From the sequence record PV611675.1: a stretch of DNA of 64,000 nucleotides; one strand, written 5' to 3'. Positions within the stretch are counted from its first letter, which is position 1. Each line of letters opens with the position of its first letter. The position numbers and the translations under genes are program-made. This DNA is from Acinetobacter phage vB_AbaM_14/CRR8. Of the stretch, positions 55,443 to 63,391 are shown one piece after another. The notes beneath the pieces were generated by a model. It saw nothing but the letters and a program-made list of their open reading frames with translations, was not told the origin of the DNA and searched no databases.

Positions 55443-55583
55443 ATGAAAACTTACTTAATAACATTTGATGGCGGTTATGCATTTATGAATGCAAAAAATA
55501 AAAAGACTGCTAAAGAAAAGTTTATTGAAAAGTGTGTTCGTGAAAGTAATTTCACTCCTGAAAATGTTGTGGTAGTTTATTAA
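55443..55583 (+). CDS. small hypothetical protein (46 aa)
   Basis: MKTYLITFDGGYAFMNAKNKK... Confidence 0.3.
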   Translation: MKTYLITFDGGYAFMNAKNKKTAKEKFIEKCVRESNFTPENVVVVY

Positions 55584-55594
55584 AGGTAAATGAA

Positions 55595-55873
55595 ATGAAA
55601 ATGTCAACTCAAGAGATTATTGATTTCCTATCTGTAAATCAAAGTGCATGGAAAAAGGTAGCACTAAAAAATATTGAAGATATTAGTGCGGTGAATGATG
55701 AGCTAGAAGAAAAAGATATCTATACATTGAAACATGATTGTACATTCTATGATGCTTTGAATGACCACAATACACCTTTTGAAGATGTGTTAAATGATTT
55801 CTTTATGTTACATTTAGACATCGAACAAAATAGCAATGATGTGATGATTTGGTTGCAGCGTATTTATGCTTAA
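55595..55873 (+). CDS. hypothetical acidic protein
   Basis: 92 aa. Confidence 0.35.
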   Translation: MKMSTQEIIDFLSVNQSAWKKVALKNIEDISAVNDELEEKDIYTLKHDCTFYDALNDHNTPFEDVLNDFFMLHLDIEQNSNDVMIWLQRIYA

Positions 55874-55879
55874 TGGTGG

Positions 55880-56215
55880 ATGAAAATGAGTAAACAGCAA
55901 TGTATATTTTTTGATGCCTTTTTTAACTTCAAAAAGAAACGTAAAGTTGAAGAGTACACATTAACTATTACTGTGTGGTACACTCTTAAAGATCAAATAA
56001 GACGTGGTAAATATTGCATCGTCATACATGGCGACAACCCTAGTCGGATGAGTGTAGACGGGGTAAATAAGTTTAAAGACTTTATCGACGGCAGAGAGAT
56101 TACAAAAGGTATTGCTATGTCTAGTGTAAGCTATGACGTGACAAAGTATAGAGGCCATTTGGTGGCAAGTCATGTCAAAGCACAAAACTTGATTGTAAAT
56201 GAAAAAGGTAATTGA
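55880..56215 (+). CDS. hypothetical protein
   Basis: 111 aa. Confidence 0.35.
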   Translation: MKMSKQQCIFFDAFFNFKKKRKVEEYTLTITVWYTLKDQIRRGKYCIVIHGDNPSRMSVDGVNKFKDFIDGREITKGIAMSSVSYDVTKYRGHLVASHVKAQNLIVNEKGN

Positions 56216-56591
56216 TATGAGTAACTTAAATATTGCAGCACATCCTATAGATGGGGAAAACACATTAATCGTAAACGGTTATGAAGTTAAAATCTCGTAT
56301 GATGATGAATTAGATGCTTTGTTGTATCGTGTGTATTACAATAATGAGCATGTAGAGTCATTTTCATCTATTCAGCAAGCTTTTGGTTACATCGAAAGTA
56401 TTGATATAACTTTGTTGCAATGCCCACATTGTAAAAGTTTATTTAGCATGGATGAGGATGGATACCAAATGAATGACATTTTCGAGATAGTGTTTTGTTC
56501 TTTAGAGTGTTCGCATAAACATAATCTTGAACATAAAGATGAGCTATTATCGCAAGGTTATACGGAAAATGATTTAAGTGAATTGGCATGA
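56199..56591 (+). CDS. hypothetical protein with C-terminal zinc-ribbon-like CPHC...CSLEC
   Basis: 130 aa. The likely start is the ATG at 56217. Confidence 0.35.
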   Translation: MKKVIDMSNLNIAAHPIDGENTLIVNGYEVKISYDDELDALLYRVYYNNEHVESFSSIQQAFGYIESIDITLLQCPHCKSLFSMDEDGYQMNDIFEIVFCSLECSHKHNLEHKDELLSQGYTENDLSELA

Positions 56592-56785
56592 TTATAGTTT
56601 GTACGTTCAAATCAACAAATGACATTGTTACTCATTCAGTAGCAATATTTAAAGGTGGTAAGATTGTTAAACAAATCCTGAATATTAAAGAGGATGGATT
56701 AAGAACAGTTTTAGCAGCATACAACACACATAAAGATATTTATTATCGAGATGTAAAATCAAAAGCGAGTTTAAAATGGCGTTAG
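56588..56785 (+). CDS. small hypothetical protein
   Basis: 65 aa. Confidence 0.3.
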   Translation: MIIVCTFKSTNDIVTHSVAIFKGGKIVKQILNIKEDGLRTVLAAYNTHKDIYYRDVKSKASLKWR

Positions 56786-56955
56786 ATGTAGAGATTTACA
56801 GTAAATACGAACATGATACGGGCCTTATATTATATTCCGACTTCAAGCAAGGTCAGTTTATACAAGGTTACATGGGCGATATTACTTATATCATCGTACT
56901 GTGGGATGTTAACGGCATACCTAAAGCCCATTATTCAAAAGAATTTAATATTTAA
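56776..56955 (+). CDS. small hypothetical protein (59 aa)
   Basis: MALDVEIYSKYEHDTGLILYSDF... Confidence 0.3.
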   Translation: MALDVEIYSKYEHDTGLILYSDFKQGQFIQGYMGDITYIIVLWDVNGIPKAHYSKEFNI

Positions 56956-56968
56956 TTTAAATTAATTG

Positions 56969-56997
56969 TTGACAAGGATTTTAAATAGGGCCATAAT
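56969..56997 (+). promoter_or_regulatory. near-consensus promoter atTGTTGACAagg-N-gggCCATAATaccc
   Basis: TTGACA-N17-CATAAT. The unit is repeated almost verbatim at 60132, 60939 and 63215. Confidence 0.55.
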
Positions 56998-57041
56998 ACC
57001 CACATAGACAAACAAACAGCTTAAACAAAAGGTAAAGCGAA

Positions 57042-57524
57042 ATGGCTATGCAACGTATCAGTAAAAAGAAAGAACTAAACGAACAAGAAATCGAAATGAA
57101 GGAATTCTTTCGTTTAGGTAGATTTGAAATGACTGCAACATATATTGCAGAAGTTAAGATGAATGCAGAAGACCGTTATCCAATGGATAAGTTTGCCATT
57201 GTATTTAAAAATGGGTACGGTGATGTAGAAGCATTTGATTTCTATCAAGGTGTAGGCCATAGAAATTTGAATACAAAAGGTTTGATTGGTCAACCATATA
57301 AAACTATTTTTGCACCTAGTGAAGCCGATGTATTATATTGCTTGGTTCTTGATGCTTCATTAGCAAATCTATCTTATGAAGATTACTGTAATGAATTTGG
57401 CTATGACAGTGATAACTTAAAGCACAAGAAGCTTCATATGCTAATGAAAGAAAACACCAAAAAACTTGAAAAGATTTTTAAACTCAATCTAGTTAAGATT
57501 GAACAAATATTGCAAGATTATTGA
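57042..57524 (+). CDS. hypothetical protein
   Basis: 160 aa. Confidence 0.4.
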   Translation: MAMQRISKKKELNEQEIEMKEFFRLGRFEMTATYIAEVKMNAEDRYPMDKFAIVFKNGYGDVEAFDFYQGVGHRNLNTKGLIGQPYKTIFAPSEADVLYCLVLDASLANLSYEDYCNEFGYDSDNLKHKKLHMLMKENTKKLEKIFKLNLVKIEQILQDY

Positions 57525-57536
57525 TAAATAGGTTTA

Positions 57537-57580
57537 CTTTTAGCATGAATCGATTATAATGGGTTCATGCAATAAAGCAA
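57537..57580 (+). promoter_or_regulatory. conserved element ttttaGCATGAAtcgatTATAATgggTTCATGCaataaagcaa (-10 box in the loop of a 7 bp inverted repeat)
   Basis: Second copy at 58776..58820. Lies 28 nt upstream of the 57608 start codon. Confidence 0.4.
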
Positions 57581-57607
57581 ACAACCATACACAAAAGGAT
57601 TCATTTA

Positions 57608-58351
57608 ATGAATACATTTAACATCGAACTAGTAAAGAAAATTGAAAGTGACCTTGCAACGTCAAAGGTTGTTGTAATGGATGCATTGACAGCTATGCAA
57701 AAAGTGCCGTCATACTTGTCGGAACATGTAGCAGAAGCAGACTACACAATGAGACAAGCTTTTCTAGGAAATAATAGCAGTATTGCTAGTGTGTTAAGTG
57801 GTTTAACTCATGCAGCGTGGTCAGAATTTTTTGCTCACCACTTAGTACATCATTTAATAATTGACCGTGAAAGTGTTGCTACACATAAGTATGTGTTTGC
57901 AGACAGCTACAAGCGTTTGTTATATAGTGGTGTAAAAGAGTTGGTAGAATTCAACCAATCAAATGCAGAGGAATTTTTTAATGAGTTCTTAAATATTGAC
58001 CGTGCGAAATGTTCTAAGTGGTTGAAAGATTTGCTAGAACGTACTGGAAAAGATTGGAAAAATTCTAGTAAAGAATTTAAATCTAAAATGACTTTAAGAG
58101 GATTGGATTCATACGGAACTGTAAGCCGTGAACTGGGGCGCACATTATTTGCAGTGTGTAAACATTTGGGCCTTGATTTTACTTTCGACAAGTATTACAC
58201 TGAATTACGTAACCACAGTAAAATTAATGGTGACAAATTTAAGGTTAACGATGATTTGGATATTACATTCGAATATCATCAAAATGGCAATACAACTTTA
58301 CGTATTGATAAAGATTTGGTAAAATTGTTAAACGATTTACTTGAGGGTTAA
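57608..58351 (+). CDS. hypothetical protein
   Basis: 247 aa. Confidence 0.4.
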   Translation: MNTFNIELVKKIESDLATSKVVVMDALTAMQKVPSYLSEHVAEADYTMRQAFLGNNSSIASVLSGLTHAAWSEFFAHHLVHHLIIDRESVATHKYVFADSYKRLLYSGVKELVEFNQSNAEEFFNEFLNIDRAKCSKWLKDLLERTGKDWKNSSKEFKSKMTLRGLDSYGTVSRELGRTLFAVCKHLGLDFTFDKYYTELRNHSKINGDKFKVNDDLDITFEYHQNGNTTLRIDKDLVKLLNDLLEG

Positions 58352-58355
58352 CATC

Positions 58356-58532
58356 ATGATGTATGCATTAGTTTTGATAGTATTTGGTAATAACGTTTAT
58401 ACACCTATCGACAAGGTGGAGATTAAACACAGCCTTACTTATTCGCAATGTCAGAAACAAATGAAAGACTTAAATAAGAACATTCAAGGCGCACAAGTTC
58501 AATTCACTTGTGAATCATATCGATTACGTTAA
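58356..58532 (+). CDS. small protein with N-terminal TM/signal-like segment
   Basis: MMYALVLIVFGNNVY... RBS gagggttaacatc. Confidence 0.3.
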   Translation: MMYALVLIVFGNNVYTPIDKVEIKHSLTYSQCQKQMKDLNKNIQGAQVQFTCESYRLR

Positions 58533-58542
58533 TAGGTGTAAC

Positions 58543-58764
58543 ATGAAATTTGATTTGGATGACTTGGCTAAAAAGACGGATGATACAAGTAACGGTAACA
58601 CGTATCGAATTGTAGAAATCAATTTAGCTCACCAATGTTATTTGGTTGAATGCGAAAACTACTATGGCCCTGAAGATTTAGGTGACGGCATCATGTTATA
58701 TGGTAGTGGTCAACAAGTGTGGGTAGCTGCTTATACATTTGATTGGATAACTCAAAAACTTTAA
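58543..58764 (+). CDS. small hypothetical protein
   Basis: 73 aa. RBS aggtgtaac-ATG. Confidence 0.3.
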   Translation: MKFDLDDLAKKTDDTSNGNTYRIVEINLAHQCYLVECENYYGPEDLGDGIMLYGSGQQVWVAAYTFDWITQKL

Positions 58765-58775
58765 ATAAAGCTTGC

Positions 58776-58820
58776 TTTTAGCATAACTATCTATATAATG
58801 GTGGTTATGCAATAAAGCAA
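58776..58820 (+). promoter_or_regulatory. second copy of the conserved element ttttaGCATAACtatctaTATAATggtgGTTATGCaataaagcaa
   Basis: Same architecture as 57537..57580. Lies 20 nt upstream of the 58840 ORF. Confidence 0.4.
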
Positions 58821-58839
58821 TCGTTATTATATCGGTGAC

Positions 58840-59172
58840 GTGATGAACATTATCAAAGTAACTAAAAACTATATTATCTCTTTCAATGCTGATAATAACG
58901 TACAGTACGTTAAGTCAAAATTAAATGGTAAATTTGCTAAACATACAGAAGCTTTGGAAGAACTTAAGCAATTGATTTTAGAAGATAAAAAGCAAGTTGT
59001 AGACGCTTTTATCGGATTATCAATCTGTGTTTTATCTGTAATAATGGCATTATCTTATATTAAATTTGGTATTTCTTTAGATTTAGGCTTGATTTTAATG
59101 ACAAGTGTTGTTAGTATATCGGGTATAGGTTTTGCATTATCAAATTTCAATGAGGGCATTAATAATGCTTAA
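58840..59172 (+). CDS. membrane protein (2-3 TM)
   Basis: 110 aa. FIGLSICVLSVIMALSYIKFGISLDLGLILMTSVVSISGIGFAL. Confidence 0.35.
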   Translation: MMNIIKVTKNYIISFNADNNVQYVKSKLNGKFAKHTEALEELKQLILEDKKQVVDAFIGLSICVLSVIMALSYIKFGISLDLGLILMTSVVSISGIGFALSNFNEGINNA

Positions 59173-59380
59173 GAATGTTGTATTATCAGTGTTTTATGTT
59201 ATATTTTACAGTTTGATTATGGCTACTTTACTAAGCGTTAGATCAAGCATGTTAACTGTTTACTTTGGTGTATTTATCACCATGATTATGGTTACATTTG
59301 TATTTATTGCAACAGCAAAAGACCATATTGATCTAACAGTATCACAATTATCTGATTGGATGGCCACAAAATGGAACTAA
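59165..59380 (+). CDS. small membrane protein (2 TM)
   Basis: MLKNVVLSVFYVIFYSLIMATLL...VFITMIMVTFVFIATA. Confidence 0.3.
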   Translation: MLKNVVLSVFYVIFYSLIMATLLSVRSSMLTVYFGVFITMIMVTFVFIATAKDHIDLTVSQLSDWMATKWN

Positions 59381-59601
59381 CAAAGCAAGTTAAAATAGTA
59401 TTAGACTCACAAGATTATAAATATCTTTTTGAGCCTAGTTCAAAAATTGAATGGCTGTCTAGTGAAGTTGAGGCATTGGCAAATGGTGGAATAGAGTTTT
59501 ATCATTCCGCTGCATGCAGTCCTTACTATGTATTGACAGTGAATAGTGAAGACTTGAAAGATTGCTTAAAGCTTTATATGATCATATTGTGTTATCTTTA
59601 A
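59371..59601 (+). CDS. hypothetical protein
   Basis: 76 aa. Confidence 0.3.
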   Translation: MELTKQVKIVLDSQDYKYLFEPSSKIEWLSSEVEALANGGIEFYHSAACSPYYVLTVNSEDLKDCLKLYMIILCYL

Positions 59602-59807
59602 GTGTTGAAATAGTAGCAGATTTAGGCAAATACTCTAAGACATATAAAGATGATCAAGAGGATGAGGAGTGGGAAATTAATCACCACATTAACCAAGTAT
59701 GGTCAGTCGATAGTTATAGCGAACTATACCTTGTTAAGAAATCTATTAACAAGCTAGAAGGTGAAGTGTATAAAAAATTGTGCTTAGCAAGAAAAGGTTT
59801 GATCTAA
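59562..59807 (+). CDS. hypothetical acidic protein
   Basis: 81 aa. Confidence 0.3.
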   Translation: MLKALYDHIVLSLSVEIVADLGKYSKTYKDDQEDEEWEINHHINQVWSVDSYSELYLVKKSINKLEGEVYKKLCLARKGLI

Positions 59808-59809
59808 GC

Positions 59810-59947
59810 ATGTATAACATAGTAAATGACAAAGGTGTTGTTGTTAAACAAATCCGTGGCTATTGGGATGCTAAGAGACAGCTAGAAGAACTTAACATTC
59901 AAAAAGGCGGTAAGGTTGAACATAAGCTTGTGAAGGTGGAGAAATGA
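59810..59947 (+). CDS. small hypothetical protein (45 aa)
   Basis: MYNIVNDKGVVVKQIRGYWDAKRQ... Confidence 0.25.
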   Translation: MYNIVNDKGVVVKQIRGYWDAKRQLEELNIQKGGKVEHKLVKVEK

Positions 59948-60123
59948 TTAAACGTGATCTATATCAAGATAAGTACAATCCTCGTAAAACGTGGCAAGTT
60001 AACCACATGAAAGGCGCTAAATACCTTAAACAGTTTATTGACGGTGTACAGTGTGGTAAGGGTATCCGCTGCAATATGAAATTCATTAAGGATATAGGGA
60101 TAAATAATTTTAAATTAATTTAA
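59944..60123 (+). CDS. small basic protein (59 aa)
   Basis: MIKRDLYQDKYNPRKTWQVNHMKGAKYLK... Its start overlaps the previous stop (ATGA). Confidence 0.25.
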   Translation: MIKRDLYQDKYNPRKTWQVNHMKGAKYLKQFIDGVQCGKGIRCNMKFIKDIGINNFKLI

Positions 60124-60131
60124 ATTAGGTG

Positions 60132-60160
60132 TTGACAAGGATGTCACAAAGGCCCATAAT
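60132..60160 (+). promoter_or_regulatory. near-consensus promoter gTGTTGACAaggatg-N-ggCCCATAATacccc
   Basis: TTGACA-N17-CATAAT. Confidence 0.55.
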
Positions 60161-60199
60161 ACCCCACATACCAAGTAAACAGCTTAAAGGAAAGTTGAA

Positions 60200-60334
60200 A
60201 TGAAGGTTAGAATAGTTGGAACACAAATTTTTGGTGAAGTGGTTGAACAAGGCTTTGTAAATGGTAATTTTCTTTATTCAGTAAAGACTGGTGAAGGTAA
60301 GGTTTTTCGAGTTCAACAAGTAGAGTATGTTTAA
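60200..60334 (+). CDS. small hypothetical protein (44 aa)
   Basis: MKVRIVGTQIFGEVVEQGFVNGNFLYSVKTGEGKVFRVQQVEYV. RBS aaaggaaagttgaa-ATG. Confidence 0.3.
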   Translation: MKVRIVGTQIFGEVVEQGFVNGNFLYSVKTGEGKVFRVQQVEYV

Positions 60335-60517
60335 ATGAAACGTAAATATGTGTATTTAAGAGTGTTGCAACAATATACGTCTTGTGGTTGGGAGGATGTC
60401 GATTGTTTTGATGTTAATAATTCCACTATACTTGAAAGAAAACAAAGCATGAAGGCTCATAGAGAGAATCAGCCACAATATGCATTACGATTTGTAAATA
60501 GACGAGAATTAGCTTAA
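60335..60517 (+). CDS. small hypothetical protein
   Basis: 60 aa. Confidence 0.3.
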   Translation: MKRKYVYLRVLQQYTSCGWEDVDCFDVNNSTILERKQSMKAHRENQPQYALRFVNRRELA

Positions 60518-60591
60518 TTGTTTGTTTATCCGTAGCATTCTATAGGGATGCTATTAATAAACTCTCAACAAGCCTAAAAAGGTGATTTAAA

Positions 60592-60930
60592 ATGTTAAAC
60601 ATGTCTAATATCCAAAATGTTGCAAATGCTAACCTTGGAACTATCGAGAGCATCGATATCGAAAACATGTATACAAACAGTGGTAGCAAGGCCCCTAACC
60701 AATTTAACCTATTCATTTATGGTCAAGAAGGTAACATAAGAGTATTTAAATCTTATGACACAATCATAGCAGTCCGTTGTAATGGTGTAACATACTTAGA
60801 TCAAGGTAAATGGGATTACTCACCTACAACATTACGTTATCTTAAACAGTGGTTAGGCACTCAAGATAGTAAAGCGGAGATTGTGAAAAAGATTGATGAC
60901 GGGATTTATAAATTAGTTGAATTAAACTAA
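60592..60930 (+). CDS. hypothetical protein
   Basis: 112 aa. RBS aaaaggtgatttaaa-ATG. Confidence 0.4.
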   Translation: MLNMSNIQNVANANLGTIESIDIENMYTNSGSKAPNQFNLFIYGQEGNIRVFKSYDTIIAVRCNGVTYLDQGKWDYSPTTLRYLKQWLGTQDSKAEIVKKIDDGIYKLVELN

Positions 60931-60938
60931 AATAGTGC

Positions 60939-60967
60939 TTGACAAGGATGTCAAACAAAACCATAAT
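60939..60967 (+). promoter_or_regulatory. near-consensus promoter gCTTGACAaggatg-N-aaCCATAATagcg
   Basis: TTGACA-N17-CATAAT. Confidence 0.55.
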
Positions 60968-60997
60968 AGCGACATAGGCAAGCAAAGGTTTAATGAG

Positions 60998-61393
60998 ATG
61001 AAAACAGTCCATATAGAAAATGCTCCACTAGCAGTACAAAAAGCATTTGAGCATGTAAAGTCACTATTTCCAACATTAACGAGTGTTGAGTATGACGAAA
61101 TTTGTCATTGGGACTTTCAGGAAGAGGGATGGAAGAGTCTTAATTTTCGTAACGTTAAAGTAGATATAGACATCTTGAATGATGCAGCAGACGCACAATA
61201 TAACATCGGTGTACCAGTACGTTATATTCTAAATACGTCTAATGTCATGAAATTTGTTAGAGGATTTTCAGGCATTTATTTTAACAAGAGAAATCATGAT
61301 TGGGAATGGCGTTACAAGTACGTTATGGATGATTATGGAAATTTAATCAACATTGAACGTAATTTCCAAAAAGTTGTATTCTTCTATCAATAA
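60998..61393 (+). CDS. hypothetical protein
   Basis: 131 aa from the ATG at 60998. The ORF track version from 60935 would include the promoter. Confidence 0.4.
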   Translation: MKTVHIENAPLAVQKAFEHVKSLFPTLTSVEYDEICHWDFQEEGWKSLNFRNVKVDIDILNDAADAQYNIGVPVRYILNTSNVMKFVRGFSGIYFNKRNHDWEWRYKYVMDDYGNLINIERNFQKVVFFYQ

Positions 61394-61413
61394 GTTTGTA
61401 TATAGGTTTTAAG

Positions 61414-61809
61414 ATGGATAAGTCAGAATTACTTAATCTAGCTGCTAGTGTTGCTTTATCATTCTTAGGTAATAATGCAGAAGCTCCTCAAGGTGATGGC
61501 TTTGTGAAAGTTTATAGTGATGCAAACGAAACAATGTTTGTGTTGAAAACTCGTGAATCTCTTGTAGGTGGTGCTTGGATGAAGACAGCGACTGTAAGGT
61601 CTGTATTTAAGCAATATCCTAATATTGGCACTAAAGTAGAGGGTAGTTATTTAGTGAACTGTGAAAATCGTCAATATACGATTGACTCTGTGATGAAAGT
61701 CAATTCAAGTGGCAAGGTGTTGGATGTTCAACATGCTACGTTTAGAACATGGTATAAAGCCGATGATCAAGCATTAGAAAACATGATTGATTTTGTTTGT
61801 GAGGGTTAA
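61414..61809 (+). CDS. hypothetical protein
   Basis: 131 aa. RBS aggttttaag-ATG. Confidence 0.4.
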   Translation: MDKSELLNLAASVALSFLGNNAEAPQGDGFVKVYSDANETMFVLKTRESLVGGAWMKTATVRSVFKQYPNIGTKVEGSYLVNCENRQYTIDSVMKVNSSGKVLDVQHATFRTWYKADDQALENMIDFVCEG

Positions 61810-61813
61810 CAAG

Positions 61814-62326
61814 ATGAAAGAGCTTAAAACTATTGATTTGTGTGAACTTGCCCCTGAGCTAATAAAAGAGTATATAATTATTGGTGACGACAAAATTGAC
61901 TTGTTATCAATATTAAAAATCTTTCGTGACTGGGTAGAGAACCCAACAAGTAGAACTCTTAAGATTAATAGTCAAAATGGTATTAATAACGGCTTTAGTC
62001 TATCTTCTGGTATCTGTGGGAATATTAATTTTATCTGGGTAGACAGTACAGAAGATAAAAGGAGTATTGACCTTATGATACCTTTACATAGAATCTTTAA
62101 ATTATGGCCTAAATGTAGTGGTGATCTATGTTACCCAATCCCTAACCCATATGTAGAGAATCCAACCCATCTCGATAATGCAGACGTTTATCAAGACATT
62201 TCTAAGAGTGGGCGTTATAGCCTATATGATAAGACATCGGAGTATGGGCGACTTAGACTTGAGTTACTGGATTTTCTAATAGAGACGATTAAAAATGACT
62301 TTGATTTGTACATAGAGAAGTATTAA
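61814..62326 (+). CDS. hypothetical protein
   Basis: 170 aa. RBS gagggttaacaag-ATG. Confidence 0.4.
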   Translation: MKELKTIDLCELAPELIKEYIIIGDDKIDLLSILKIFRDWVENPTSRTLKINSQNGINNGFSLSSGICGNINFIWVDSTEDKRSIDLMIPLHRIFKLWPKCSGDLCYPIPNPYVENPTHLDNADVYQDISKSGRYSLYDKTSEYGRLRLELLDFLIETIKNDFDLYIEKY

Positions 62327-62609
62327 ACATATTGTAACTTTGTGTAAATTAGGTCCTTTGTATGATGCATTGGGCCTACTGTCTATCGACAGTATACTAA
62401 ATATAATTAAATCAATTGTTTGCACACTGCAAACATGTATACAAATTCAAGGATGTTTTTCGACGACGACAAAGGAGAAAAACAAGTAAATGACTATTGT
62501 TAATAGCGTTCGCTTGCGCTCAATTGCTATTAGGGAAATGTTAAGTATAACTATGGTACTATCGTACCAGAAGGTTAAACAATAGCTCTAACGAGCTTAT
62601 ATAACCAAT

Positions 62610-62630
62610 GAGGCTTATAGCCTCTTTCTT
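62610..62630 (+). terminator. intrinsic terminator GAGGCttataGCCTC + TTTCTT
   Basis: Read directly from the sequence. Confidence 0.45.
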
Positions 62631-62714
62631 GCACATCAATTTACTCGTATCCACTCGTTATCATCTCTCAAACCCTTTAAGGGCAATGTATTTGCAAAGC
62701 AAATAGGTTTTAAT

Positions 62715-62805
62715 ACCTATCTAGTATTCATCTATCTAACATACCTATCTAGGGTTATTACTTATCTAAATAAACATATCTAGTATGTACTTATCTAGGG
62801 TAATT
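62715..62805. repeat. six direct copies of YYTATCTA(G/A) spaced 13-17 bp apart (iteron array)
   Basis: The copies are acctatctag, catctatctaa, acctatctaggg, cttatctaaa, catatctagt and cttatctaggg. The region is non-coding. Confidence 0.5.
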
Positions 62806-63057
62806 TCATCAAGAAACATGAGAAGTATTACATTACAAGAAAGGGTAGATTCATCTAGTTTATTAGGCAAACCTATGTCTCTTTTACAAGTATATTTTTG
62901 TAAATTTAAATTTGATTAAATAACTCACAAAAGTTAGACTTTGTCAAGCAGAATTTTCAGAGAATTTACTGTTTCATAGATGTGCAAGAATGTCAAGAAA
63001 TATTGAAATTTCCTGAGATTTAATTAAATTAATTGAAATAATAAATAAAGATAACGA

Positions 63058-63086
63058 TTGACAGGATGAGAATTGACAGGTATAAT
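63058..63086 (+). promoter_or_regulatory. consensus promoter TTGACA-N17-TATAAT
   Basis: gaTTGACAggatgagaattgacaggTATAATga. A second TTGACA lies in the spacer, so the promoters are overlapping tandem ones. Confidence 0.5.
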
Positions 63087-63140
63087 GATAATAGGATTAT
63101 AATAATAGACAGGACTGCAATAGATGATGATGATAAGAAT

Positions 63141-63168
63141 ATAGTACCATAATTTCTCAAAAAGTCAA
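63141..63168 (-). promoter_or_regulatory. minus-strand promoter (TTGACT-N16-TACTAT on - strand), a duplicate of the 8591..8618 promoter and its upstream CATTTATTGTTA element, with no ORF downstream
   Basis: The + strand reads atagtaccat...agtcaagtcatttattgtta. The identical atagtacca and gtcaagtcatttattgtta blocks occur at 8591-8632. Confidence 0.4.
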
Positions 63169-63214
63169 GTCATTTATTGTTAAGAATTGTAATTAAATTA
63201 ATTTAAATTAGTTG

Positions 63215-63243
63215 TTGACAAGATGATGAGAAAGGGCCATAAT
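63215..63243 (+). promoter_or_regulatory. near-consensus promoter agTTGTTGACAagatg-N-agggCCATAATgggc
   Basis: TTGACA-N17-CATAAT. It drives the 63270 and 63392 ORFs. Confidence 0.55.
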
Positions 63244-63269
63244 GGGCACATAGTAGAGGAGTTATACAA

Positions 63270-63380
63270 ATGAAATGTAACGTACACAATATGATTGACA
63301 ATGTAGAGTATGTATTCAGTGTTGTTATGGTGATGTTATTCTCACTTGTAGCGTACTTTGCTGGAATTAACTTATTTTAA
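63270..63380 (+). CDS. small hydrophobic peptide (36 aa)
   Basis: MKCNVHNMIDNVEYVFSVVMVMLFSLVAYFAGINLF. RBS gaggagttatacaa-ATG. Confidence 0.25.
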   Translation: MKCNVHNMIDNVEYVFSVVMVMLFSLVAYFAGINLF

Positions 63381-63391
63381 GGTGTAAGACA

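Noticed and set aside
60935-61393. ORF track version of the gene starting at 60935 (152 aa)
   Set aside because: The first 21 codons run through the promoter TTGACA…CATAAT. The ATG at 60998, preceded by aggtttaatgag, is the plausible start, so the feature is reported as 60998..61393.
62715-62805. TATCTAG direct repeats and the reiterated promoter cassettes (56969, 60132, 60939, 63215) as a CRISPR array
   Set aside because: The repeats are only 8-10 nt with irregular 13-17 nt spacing (iterons). The promoter cassettes are hundreds to thousands of bp apart, separated by protein-coding genes. There is no CRISPR-like repeat-spacer periodicity or cas gene.
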